From Octopus vulgaris (Eukaryota): a stretch of DNA of 64,000 nt. The stretch lies in the NCBI GenBank assembly GCA_951406725.2, contig OX597820.1:35836001-35900000 (forward strand), in the 5' to 3' direction. The notes beneath the pieces are model-generated. The model saw only the letters and a program-made list of their open reading frames with translations. It was not told the DNA's origin and did not search any database. This document shows positions 1 through 11,192 of the stretch, in pieces; position 1 is the stretch's first letter; every line of letters starts with the position of its first letter. Made by a program: the position numbers and the translations under genes.

Positions 1-3
1 TAT

Positions 4-83
<80 letters not shown>

Positions 84-273
84 ATATTTAGAAGAAGTAA
101 TTGAGTGACTCAAGGTCCTAGAGTTTTGTGCGTTGGCACTTAAACTTATTACTTGTTTTTCTTTGCTTTTTTATTCTACATCTCACAATGAATGGATCCC
201 TCTCTTAGAACCAAATTTCCATCACAGGAACTCAAATAACAATCGAAAGAAATAGATTTTATACACATACATA

Positions 274-683
274 GGCGCAGGAGTGGCTGTGTGGTAAGTA
301 GCTTGCTAACCAACCACATGGTTCCGGGTTCAGTCCCACTCCGTGGCATCTTGGGCAAGTGTCTTCTGCTATGGCCCCGGGCCGACCATTGCCTTGTGAG
401 TGAATTTGGTAGACGGAAACTGAAAGAAGCCTGTCGTATATATGTATGTATATATATATGTATGTGTGTGTTTGAGTGTCTGTGTTTACGCCCTCTAGCA
501 TTGCTTGACAACCGATGCTGGTGTGTTTACGTCCCCGTCACTTAGCGGTTCGGCAAAAAGAGACCGATAGAATAAGTACTGGGCTTACAAAGAATAAGTC
601 CCGGGGTCGATTTGCTCGACTAAAGGCGGTGCTCCAGCATGGCCGCAGTCAAATGACTCAAACAAGTAAAAGAGTAAAAGAGT
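274..683 (+). mobile_element. SINE family A, full-length copy (tRNA-like head, CORE-like segment, internal (TA)n/(TG)n, AGTAAAAG-repeat tail)
   Basis: Head has A-box-like TGGCTGTGTGG and B-box-like GGTTCAGTCCC, then the CORE-like TCTTGGGCAAGTGTCTT. About 20 near-identical or partial copies occur in the window. Confidence 0.9.
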
Positions 684-1057
684 ATACATGCATACATACA
701 TAAATACATACATGCATACATACACACACACACACATATATATATATATTCCCCCTTCACCTCCTTTACCACATCCTCCTTCTCCACCGCCGTCTCCTCT
801 TCCTCCTTCTCCACTTCCCCTCTTCTTTGTCTCCCTCCATATCCGCCGACTCTATGAATCTTCGTCTCTCACTGTGTATAGCGACCCATTACTCATTGCC
901 GGCCGCCAAGCCTAATAGGTGCACTCATCTTGCACCTGCTACGTTAACTCTTTTTTCTTACGATGTCATTGTCCGAAGTCAGGACGCCGTGATAGATCGT
1001 TAGCTACTACACGCATTTTTTTCTCTCCTTGTTTCTCTCCTTGTTTTTTTCTGTGTA

Positions 1058-1095
1058 TCTTTCTGTCGAAGAGCGTAGGCTCGAAACGTAAAAGA
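1058..1095 (+). ncRNA. Minimal type I hammerhead-like motif, variant core, in a PLE-like terminal repeat
   Basis: UCUUU-CUGUCGA-A-GAGC(GUAG)GCUC-GAA-ACGU-A-AAAGA. Stems I and II pair and stem III is the ACGU palindrome. The core has U at A6. Confidence 0.55.
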
Positions 1096-1200
1096 CTTTT
1101 TCTATTCCTGGGCGTTATACTAATACATTTGTTTGTTTGTACTCCACCTGCCTTCGTCTTTTGTTTATTCTCGTAAACTTTCCCATTATATATATATATG

Positions 1201-1250
<50 letters not shown>

Positions 1251-1266
1251 TATAGCAGTATCGCCC

Positions 1267-1575
1267 TTTAGAATTGCAATTTTTGGAAAGTAAAAATTTT
1301 GCATTATGTAGCTTGTTATTCTCTTTAAGTGAACATTTTTCTGGTTGAAATACACCAAAAAATGGCGACACAGCAGTCAAAAACTCGTAAAAAATAGAGG
1401 TTTTCATAGAAAAAAAGCACCTTTAAGATGTAAATAATTTTTGATCTTAACATGGTCCGATTTGAATTTTATCTTCTACGGAAGGAAGAGTAAGCCTTCT
1501 ATCATACTCTCAATTTTGATCAACTTGCGCCGCAGCAGGGTCTCGGAGGAGATAGTGTTAGTTGAAGGCTACCAA
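1267..1575. repeat. Dispersed repeat, possibly Helitron-related; inverted copy near 15860-16035
   Basis: GCATTATGTAGCTTGTTATTCTCTTTAAGTGAACATTTT...AAAATGGCGACACAGCAGTCAAAAA recurs reverse-complemented near 15.9 kb. Confidence 0.6.
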
Positions 1576-1599
1576 ACCTGCCATACACAGACAACATAT

Positions 1600-1975
1600 A
1601 TAAATAAAATACAAAATGGGACAAGGACGCAAAACATCCGGACAACTAGGTGATGCAAAAAGGGAGAATAAAAAACATCCAGATAGACGGTACAAAGAAA
1701 AAAAGGACGGGTCATTAGAAGTTTTCTATCTTCTGTCAAGAACCAGATTATCCTCCTCATAATTTCGGCTGATTATTCTTGAGATTGCTCCAAGGAAAAA
1801 CTAAGCTTAGAGCATTAGATTCCTTGGAAGAAAGCAGTGAATGTATACAAAAATAAGGACGGAAAAAACGGACAATGTTACACAAATATAAATACAATAA
1901 GAATAATAACAGGACATAACAACAGGTGTCTTTCGACTAAGGACGAATTTAATTAAGCTGGCGCGTGTGGAAATA
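1600..1975 (-). repeat. Dispersed repeat family E (putative PLE terminal repeat)
   Basis: Homologous copies at about 8490-8770, 19880-19995 and tandem at 54050-54835 (shared CGTTCTTGTCCCATTTT, GCTTAGTTTTTCCTTG, GTCGAAAGACACC). The PLE assignment is inference. Confidence 0.6.
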
Positions 1976-1983
1976 TTCATATA

Positions 1984-2019
<36 letters not shown>

Positions 2020-2020
<1 letters not shown>

Positions 2021-2551
2021 TAGCAGTATCGCCCGGCGTTGCTCGGGTTTGTAAGGGAAATAACTATATAAGCATTTTTAGAGAGTTATAGCAAAAAATA
2101 GCAAAAGAATGCATTAAAAATGGAATAAAAAATGATGGTAATTTTTTTTTAATCGTAGACTCATCAACCCATGAAGTCGTTGTTCTAAAAAAACGCTGGT
2201 CTCCTTGACAACGCTTTACGACGTTGATTTCCTTACACTCCCTTTCCCACAGCTTCACGAGGGAGGGAAGAAGGGGAGAAGCAACACAGGTGCATATGTG
2301 ACCATGGACGCCAACTCCGCTGCCATCGACACACGAAAAAATATGCATTAAAATCGAAAAAAATGATGTTAAATTATTTTTAAAATCGTAGACTCATCGT
2401 AGACGCGCGCTAATACCCAGACGGGCTCGATATGAATCACGACTATAAGATACCCGAATTTGATTAAACTGCACCGCAAAATGTGGGAGTAGTTAGGAAT
2501 CTAAATCGTAGGAGACAGACACTCACACAACTACAGTTTTATATATATAGA
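2020..2551 (-). mobile_element. Non-autonomous Helitron-like element, apparently complete
   Basis: Minus strand starts TCTATATATATAAAA and ends with the GC-rich hairpin CCCGAGCAACGCCGGG followed by CGATACTGCTAG. Inserted between A and T with no TSD. Confidence 0.75.
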
Positions 2552-3671
2552 TATATACATATATATGTACATATGTGTGTATGAATATGTATATATACAC
2601 ATATATATTTATACATATCTATATATGTATACAAATACGTGTGTGTGTGTCTGATTTTAGTTGAGTTTTGTAGATTTTCCCTATTCTACAAACAGATTTA
2701 ATATGCAGGGTACGAGCTAAGTAGTATAGTTCTTGGTCTGCGTACACCAGATTTCCTAGATATGAACACTTAGGCTCGTAACTGGATCGTTTAATGATTA
2801 TGGTGCAAATAGAAATCTGTATAAGTTAGGTAATATTTTGTCTGGAAATTCGCGATATTTGATGACATTAACAAGTGATCCTGTGAATTTACTTTTTTAC
2901 TCTTTTTTTTTTTACTCTATTCAGTCATTTGTCTGTGGAACACCGCCTTTAGTCGAGAAAATCGACCCCCAAGACTTATTCTTTGTATGCCTAGTACATT
3001 TAATTAAATGTTTACATCTGGCAGCTATGTGGCCTCAGAAACTGTACATAGTTTAAAATAGCTAGCTATCTATCAAACTTAATGTGTACACATTATCGAT
3101 AGGCCAGTTACTGTCCTATTTGTCGTCAGATAAGATCTCTTTTGTCTTCGTATGTGAAAAACAATAAATATCAGAAAGGGACGAAAATCTGTCCCAGCAG
3201 CAGCCAGCGAGAGCGCCAAGTACAATCCGGCCTTTTGAAGATGCACATGCATTTTATCTTTCTTTTCTTTTCTGTTCTAACTATATAAAGTCTGTTGGGT
3301 TTGTGTTCAGTCAAAGTCTTAAACAAATGCTTTACCAATATTCCTTATATTGGAATGTATAAGTATTTTTCATAATTCTTGTATACTTTTTATTTATTTC
3401 AGTCTGGGACTCCGACTATACTGCAGTACTGCCAAGAACGGTTTTGTCAATCAGATCGGCGCCAGAATTTAGCTTTTTCGGACTGGTGGTCTTTTTACCA
3501 GCTCCATTGCCGTACCGCTAAGTGATGGTGATTATAAACAAGCCAAGATCGGTTGTCAATCGAGACACATGTGCATATGTACATACGTATCTATGTATAT
3601 ATGTATTTATACATATGTACGAATGTATGTATTTATATGTGTATGCATGTATGTGTGTGTGTGTGTACATA

Positions 3672-3769
3672 TACGAGGGGGTACTGAAAAGTTCCTAGTT
3701 TTAAAGGGATTACTAAAGGGCTGGTTGGAGGCCTAACCTTCCGAGTTCTTTTACAGGGCTTAGAAAAAC
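3672..3769 (+). mobile_element. Mariner-derived fragment (TIR plus deleted internal piece)
   Basis: TACGAGGGGGTACTGAAAAGTTCC is a mariner-type end. TTCTTTTACAGGGCTTAGAAAAA matches 61772-61796 in reverse. Confidence 0.55.
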
Positions 3770-3777
3770 ATATGTGC

Positions 3778-3840
<63 letters not shown>

Positions 3841-3841
<1 letters not shown>

Positions 3842-4248
3842 TCTTTTTTTACTCTTTTACTTGTTTCAGTCATTTGACTGCGGCCATGCTGGGGCACCGC
3901 CTTAAATCGAGCAACTCGACCCCGGGACTTATTCTTTTGTAAGCCCAGTACTTATTCTATCGGTCTCTTTTGCCGAACCGCTAAGAAACGGGGACATAAA
4001 CACCCCAGCATCGGTTGTCAAGCAATGCTAGGGAGACAATCACAGACACACAAACACACACACACATATATATATATACATATATACGACGGGCTTCTTT
4101 CAGTTTCCGTCTACCAAATCCACTCACAAGGCTTTGGTCGGCCCGAGGCTATAGCAGAAGACTCTTGCCCAAGGTGCCACGCAGTGGGACTGAACCCAGA
4201 CCATGTGGTTGGTAAACAAGCTACTTACCACACAGCCACTCCTGCGCC
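3841..4248 (-). mobile_element. SINE family A, full-length
   Basis: Reverse complement of 274-683 with few differences. Confidence 0.9.
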
Positions 4249-4266
4249 TATATATATATATACACA

Positions 4267-4302
<36 letters not shown>

Positions 4303-4312
4303 TGTATGTATG

Positions 4313-4344
<32 letters not shown>

Positions 4345-4441
4345 TAATATATCTATAATATATATATATGACCATTCCGAAATATAACAATATTTATAAT
4401 ATATATATATGTATTTTAGTAAATATATATTACACACATAT

Positions 4442-4530
<89 letters not shown>

Positions 4531-4817
4531 GATACAGATATAAACACATATATACATGTGTGTATATATTTATATACATATATGCACACACACACACACA
4601 CATATATATATCTCCACTTAAGTATATATATATCCACTTAAGTAATTCCATTTTGATCATAATCACACGCACCACCATCATTCCCTTGCCATTTATCGGA
4701 TAATAAACATGAAAATATCAAAATTTTATGCTTGCTATATCAATTATAGATCTATTTAAGTACTTTGACTTTCACTTTAATTTTCGATTTATTTTGGTGT
4801 GTGTGTGTGTGTGTGTG

Positions 4818-4882
<65 letters not shown>

Positions 4883-5446
4883 CTTGAAGCAGAGAAAGGA
4901 AACAAAAGCAACAACAATAAAATAAATAAAGAAACAATATTTGTCATTGTATTATTCCGTTGGGTTTCTTCAACAAAACAATAGGTTGAAATTCAAATGT
5001 TTTTCATGAAATTTTTCCATCGCTTGTTCTATTTTACTACTATCAGCCACACTTCGTGTAAATTTGTGTGTTTATGTGTGTAGATGTGTGTAACTTTATG
5101 TGTATGTGATTTAATGGGCGTGTGTATATGTGTACGTGCTAAAGAGGCAGGCCGAGTTTCACGCACGTGGTTTTATCGTGCTATATCTGGACCCATAGTC
5201 GCAATAACCTTTCAGATATAGCTCTTCTCCTTTTGTTTCATTGAAAGTGCTTGACTTAGTATCGAGGGGTGTTCGGCTTGTAGTGATAAGGTCATGGTTT
5301 CAATTTCTAGACCCCGCTATGTCCTTAAAAAGGTAATTTCTTTTCGCGTTGCTCTAATCTATAGTTTATTCAACTGTAATGAGTATCTGGGTATTTATGC
5401 AGGCCTCTCTCAATCTCAGTCTCCAACCGTTACATCCACAGAGGGA

Positions 5447-5767
5447 ACGCGCGTCACTTAGTGGTTAGGGTATTCGGTTCATGATCGTAAGGTCGTGAGT
5501 TCAATTCCCGGGGGCGCGTTGTGTCCTTGAGCAAGACACTTTATTTCACGTTGTTCCAGTCCACTCAGCTGGCAAAAATGATTAGTACCTGTATTTCAAA
5601 GGGCCAACCTTGTCACATTCTGTGTCTCACTGCATCTCCCTGAGATCTATGTTATGGGTATGCGTGTCTATAGAGTGCTCAACCACTTGCACGTTAATTT
5701 CACGAGCAGGCTGTTCCGTTGATAAGATCAACTGGAACCCTCGTCGTCGTGACCGACGGAATACCAC
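5447..5767 (+). mobile_element. SINE family D (tRNA-derived, CORE-type), tail variant 1
   Basis: A box CTTAGTGG, B box GAGTTCAATTCCC, CORE-like TTGTGTCCTTGAGCAAGACACTTT. Head/core shared with 30215, 51030 and 63527. May correspond to the described octopus OR-type SINEs (unverified). Confidence 0.8.
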
Positions 5768-6096
5768 ATCCATTGATGATGTGTTTGGAGAAGAGTAATG
5801 GAGCCGAATGGATGTCTTGATCACGGACACATAGACACCTGAAAAAATGAGCAAAGCCATGGTACCTGCTACCACGCTACATCTCACCTTATACATTTTA
5901 CTCGGTATATAGTACCAAACCATAGTCGCCAGCGAAAGACAGATGGCTGTCCTGTACTTGTATGAGTTTCAGAAGCAATAAGAGAAGTCATGTGCACTTT
6001 TGTAAACTTTTGCGTACATATATATGCACAAGTATTATGTGTGTCCTTATGTGTGATGTGAGGGCGTGTATGTACGTGTGCGCGGCTCCCCACCCA

Positions 6097-6152
<56 letters not shown>

Positions 6153-6527
6153 TTCTTTATGTTTTAAATCTATTCAATGATGGAAAAAATCAGATCAGCT
6201 GTTTCCGTGGTTATTCTTTTGATGATCTGCTCTTGAGATATCGATCTTTTTGTTCATAAATAATGAAGCAGACGATAACAACATACTTAAAATATAGCAA
6301 GCTCAGTAAACTTTATATTTTATCGAAATTATATTTATATCCAGAGGAGGTAAATGCTATTGGACAGCGTATAGCTACAATAATTCAAAACAAGACAACT
6401 CAAAATATATAAATAGCATAAATTTGTCGAGCATTTAATGCGTCAGAGTACTGAATAATTAAAATTAGAACTAGGCAAAGAAATATAGAGGAAGGGTAGT
6501 TTGATCATTTGCAGACAGGGTGACAAT

Positions 6528-6566
6528 ACTGGACATGTTTCGATCTCTTAACACCTCTTCAGCGAA
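6528..6566 (-). ncRNA. Hammerhead-like motif, canonical core, decayed stem I
   Basis: Minus strand: UUCG-CUGAAGA-GGU(GUUAAGAG)AUC-GAA-ACAUGU-C-CAGU, with palindromic stem III and a GUC triplet. Confidence 0.5.
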
Positions 6567-6904
6567 GGATAATCATTCAGGTACTGATAAGTAGAAAGCT
6601 TGCTTGATAAGGTGAGTGCCTCCTGAATATCTTGCAGAATAAAAAGACCAAGCCTGTTAAAGGACAGGAACTCATGAAATTCAACGGCCATCCATTGGTG
6701 TGAAAGTATACTTCTTTCAAAACCAATACTGTTTTGTAGATACCCTTTGGTGAGTAAATCGAACAGAAGATGCTGCGAAATCAAACCTGCAGGTGATGTA
6801 GCTGCCAGTCAACCTGCAATGTTTCTTACTGCATTCCAGTCACTGACACTTAGAGAGAATCGAGTACGGGTGGCACACGCGTATGTGACATTAATCCAAT
6901 GACG

Positions 6905-6976
<72 letters not shown>

Positions 6977-7003
6977 GTATATATGTCTTTGCTCATCTGT
7001 TTC

Positions 7004-7042
<39 letters not shown>

Positions 7043-7170
7043 TAATGTTCTGTAGGGGATGGAAAAGTTGTGTCGTGTGTAGACTTAACTACTTGAATCG
7101 CAGAGTCACGAATCAACTGGGGAAAACAACGGGAATGTTTCGGACTTATCAAACATCTTTAGCAAACTAT

Positions 7171-7404
7171 ATTATTTCTTTATTGCCCACAAGGGGCTAA
7201 ACATAGAGGGGACAAACAAGGACAGACAAAGGGATTAAGTCGTTTACATCATCCCCAGCGCGTAACTAGTACTTAATTTATCCACCTCGAAAGGATGAAA
7301 AGCAAAGTCGACCTTCGCGGAATTTGAACTCATAACGTAAAGACTGGCGAAATACCGCAAAGTATTTCACCCGGTGTGCTAACGTTTCTGCTAGTTCGCC
7401 GCCA
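7171..7404 (-). mobile_element. SINE family B (tRNA-derived, Meta-domain-like core)
   Basis: Reverse complement of GGCGGCGAGCTGGCAGAAACG...GAGTTCAAATTCC...TTTCATCCTTTCGGGGTCGATAAATTAAGTAC...AATAAAGAAATA. Flanked by the candidate TSD AACTATATT. Confidence 0.85.
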
Positions 7405-7951
7405 TAACTATATTCTAGCAAACTATATTCTAGCAAACTATATTCTACTCAGTTGAGAAGAGTTTGGTGAAATACTATATGTCTGTTATTTGGATAATCT
7501 CAGTTGACTGAAGCTGTCTTCCTAAAGATTAAGTTTCGTCTTCACAATAAAAGATACTTCAGTTATGTTCAGATACTTACAAACTTAAGTTCCACAATGG
7601 AGTATTTTTCCTCTATATAGCTTTCTGTTTGATAAAGTCTTCTTTTATGATTTTCAATCTGTTTACGTAAACACATGCTTTATTCAGAATCTCCGTATAT
7701 CTGCTCTTGGCTTTACCTTTCGTCTTTTACTTGTTTCAATCATTAGATTGCAGCTTAGCTGCAGGTACCGCTTTGAAGGGCTTAATCGAGCAGATTGACC
7801 TCACTACTTATTTTTTTTAAAGCCTGGTACTTATTCTATCGGTCTCTCTTGCCGAAACACTAAGTTACGTTGACGTAAATAAACCAACACCGGTTATAAG
7901 GGGTGAAAGTGTGAAACATAAACATAGACACTCACAAACACAGATGTACAT

Positions 7952-7983
<32 letters not shown>

Positions 7984-8001
7984 TGTATGTATGTGTGTAT
8001 G

Positions 8002-8049
<48 letters not shown>

Positions 8050-8228
8050 TACTCACACACACACACGGATATATATATAAAGCGTGAAATTGTAATGATT
8101 TTTGAACGGTAACAAAGAAGGAAAGAGCATGTCCGTGTCTCACGTGTGAATTCTCCGTTTATTCCTTTATTGTGCTTCTGTTCAACTTTTTAGGACTTAT
8201 ACACACACACACACACACACATACTTAA

Positions 8229-8390
8229 TTATTAAACCAGAAAAAACATCACAATAAGCTGCTACTCAGAGTTTCACGCTCCCGTTCGTCGGGCAGTTGT
8301 GATATAGCATTCTGTACTATAACTATCCGACGAACGAGAGCGTGAAAATCTGAGTAGCAGTTTCTTGTGATGCTTTTGCAGGTTTAATAA
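8229..8390. repeat. Inverted repeat (about 72 bp arms, about 18 bp spacer), each arm carrying an HHR-like motif
   Basis: 8229-8300 is the imperfect reverse complement of 8319-8390. Left arm on minus: CUGC-CCGACGA-AC(GGGAGC)GU-GAA-ACUC(U)GAGU-A-GCAG. Confidence 0.75.
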
Positions 8391-8783
8391 AAAAAAAAAG
8401 CATATTACTCTACCTCTGGTATTCGAGTACTATTTTTCGCAACCTTGTTTTGCATTTATGTGCCTACACGAGTGTGTGTGCGTATGTGTATCGTCCGTTT
8501 TTTTTCGTCCTTGTTTTTGTATACATTCGCTGCTTTCTTTCAAGGAATCTAACGGTCTTAGCTTAGTTTTTCCTTGAGACTGGCCAGATTGGAGCAATCT
8601 CAAGTACAGTCAACCGAAATTGTGAAGATAATCTGGTACTTGACTGAGGAAAGAAAACTCCGAATGACCCGTCCTTGTTTTCTTTGTATCGTCTATCTGG
8701 ATGTTTTGTTGTCCCATTTTTGTATCACCTAACTGTCCTGATGTTTTGCGTTCTTGTCCCATTTTGTATTTGATATATATATA

Positions 8784-8835
<52 letters not shown>

Positions 8836-9466
8836 CGTTTGTGTGTGTGTATGTATGTATGTATGTATGTACGTGTGCGACGGGCTTCAGTTTCCTTTTA
8901 CCAAATCCACATAGTAGGATTGAACCCGGAACCATATGGTTAAGAAGCAAACTTCTTTTATGCAATTTGTTTGTTTTATATATTGCCTTGTCTCTCTTGC
9001 ATTTGTTTATTGTAGCTAAACAATGCTCAACGGTGTTTAACTCTCTTCCATACAAATGTAGTTTCTTTTAGCTAAAAGCTTAATACGCTCGATATATTTA
9101 AGTATATTATTACCGTCTGCTTCATTATTTATGAACAAAAAGATTGATATCTTAAGAGGATATCATGACAGCAGAAATATCTGATCACTCTATACCAGTC
9201 TCACAACACTAACACTTTATATCGTTCTGTATCAGCCCCACGTCTTCAACTGCTCACATCACACACAACCAATATCACCACACCGATCTCTACCATCATT
9301 TTTGTGAAGACTTCTGTCTCAAGACCTCACACCCTACTCTATTCCACTTTCAATCTAATTATGTATTATTTATTTCACAATTATTTTGGTATAATAACAG
9401 AGATTGTTGCAGCTGGTTTCAGTTTAAATTTTAAGTGTAGTTATATATTTTGATTCATCCTTAACG

Positions 9467-9491
9467 ACTTCTTCTTCTTATTATTATTATG

Positions 9492-9552
<61 letters not shown>

Positions 9553-9556
9553 TTTC

Positions 9557-9588
<32 letters not shown>

Positions 9589-9598
9589 TTCTTCTTTC

Positions 9599-9630
<32 letters not shown>

Positions 9631-9825
9631 TTCTTCTTTCTCTTCTTCTTCTTCTTCTTCTTCTTCTTCCACTTCTCCTCCTTCTTCTTCTTCCACTTCT
9701 CCTCCTTCTTCTTCCTCCACCTCCTCCTCCTCTTCTACTTCTTCTTCTTCCTTCACCTCCTCCTCTTCTTCTTCTTTTCTTCCTCCTCCCCTTCTTTTAT
9801 TATTTTATTATTATTATCATCATCA

Positions 9826-9874
<49 letters not shown>

Positions 9875-9921
9875 CATCACCATTATTATTATTAGTAGTA
9901 GTAGTAGTATTTGTAGTAGTA

Positions 9922-9972
<51 letters not shown>
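9467..9972. repeat. Compound trinucleotide microsatellite (ATT)n/(CTT)n/(CCT)n/(AGT)n
   Basis: Directly visible; includes higher-order duplicated CTT blocks. Confidence 0.95.
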
Positions 9973-9975
<3 letters not shown>

Positions 9976-9979
9976 TTTG

Positions 9980-10168
9980 AAGGCGGCAAGCTAGCTGAAT
10001 CGTTAGTGTACCAAGCAAAAATGCCTAGCGGTATTTCGTCTGCCGTTACGTTCTGAGTTCAAATTCCGCCGAAGTCAACTTTGCTTTTTCATCCTTTCAG
10101 GCTCGATAAAAATAAGTCTCAGTTGAGTACTGAGTCGATGTCATCGATTTACCTCCTCTCCCGAAAAT
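9980..10168 (+). mobile_element. SINE family B, diverged
   Basis: AAGGCGGCAAGCTAGCTGAATCG...GAGTTCAAATTCCGCCGAAGTCAACTTTGC. Confidence 0.8.
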
Positions 10169-10274
10169 TGATGATAATTATTATTATTATTATTATGATT
10201 ATTATTATTATTATTATCATCATCATCGTCGTCGTCGTTATCGTTGTCATAGTAGTAGTAGTAGTAGTAGTATG

Positions 10275-10309
<35 letters not shown>

Positions 10310-10900
10310 TATACGTTTTCCTTTGGCATTTCATGCGTGTTTCAGCTGCATAGCCTAGTGTACTTCCGAATTCCTGAGGTGAGTGCCTTATTCTGTTCTT
10401 ATTTTTGTAGGGATTGGACGCCCCCGGTGGGTGTATTGCACCAGTTACTTTTGTTATGGAGTTTATTTCGTTGTTTCTTGCTATATTTTTTTATGTGACG
10501 TTCGTGCCATTCTCAAGAAATTGGAAACATTAAGGACGCAAGTGAAGAAGCTCACTAGGTAATCGAGAATGGATCGAACCGTGATACAGATCCTTGATAC
10601 AGAAGGTTCGCCGCCCACTAGTTTATCACAGCTTATCTGGGAGTTATTGATGAAGGCAAGCATAGGAGATGCTTTAAAGACAAGAAGAAAAAAAGCAACA
10701 AAGAACGAAAGAATGAAGGAAAGAATGAAAGAAGTAAGGTTGTCTTTTATTGCAAGAACATGTCACTAGATCAACACATTATTATTATTATAATAACCTG
10801 ATTGAGAAGATGTTGCTTTGAATGAACATATAAGAACATTGCGCAAGATAAAACGAGCAAAATATCAAATGTTACTGAATGCTTGGTATGTGTGCATGTG

Positions 10901-10984
<84 letters not shown>

Positions 10985-11141
10985 CATATATATATACATA
11001 CATATATATATATACATATATATATACATATACACATACATATACACACACACACACATATATATATATATACACATACATATACATATATATATACATA
11101 CATATATATACATACACATATACACATATGTACACATGTAC

Positions 11142-11192
<51 letters not shown>

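Noticed and set aside
176-703. Recurrent peptide RQASFSFRLPNPLTR...GTEPGTMWLVSKLLTT looking like a gene family
   Set aside because: It is the antisense translation of SINE A; frames are broken differently in each copy.
6600-7700. GIY-YIG/PLE ORF remnants upstream of HHR-like motifs (also 42960-43350)
   Set aside because: Only vague peptide resemblance; no diagnostic motif could be read.
10400-10670. Minus-strand 60 aa ORF possibly from an L1/Tx1 C-terminus
   Set aside because: Similarity is too weak to support by eye.
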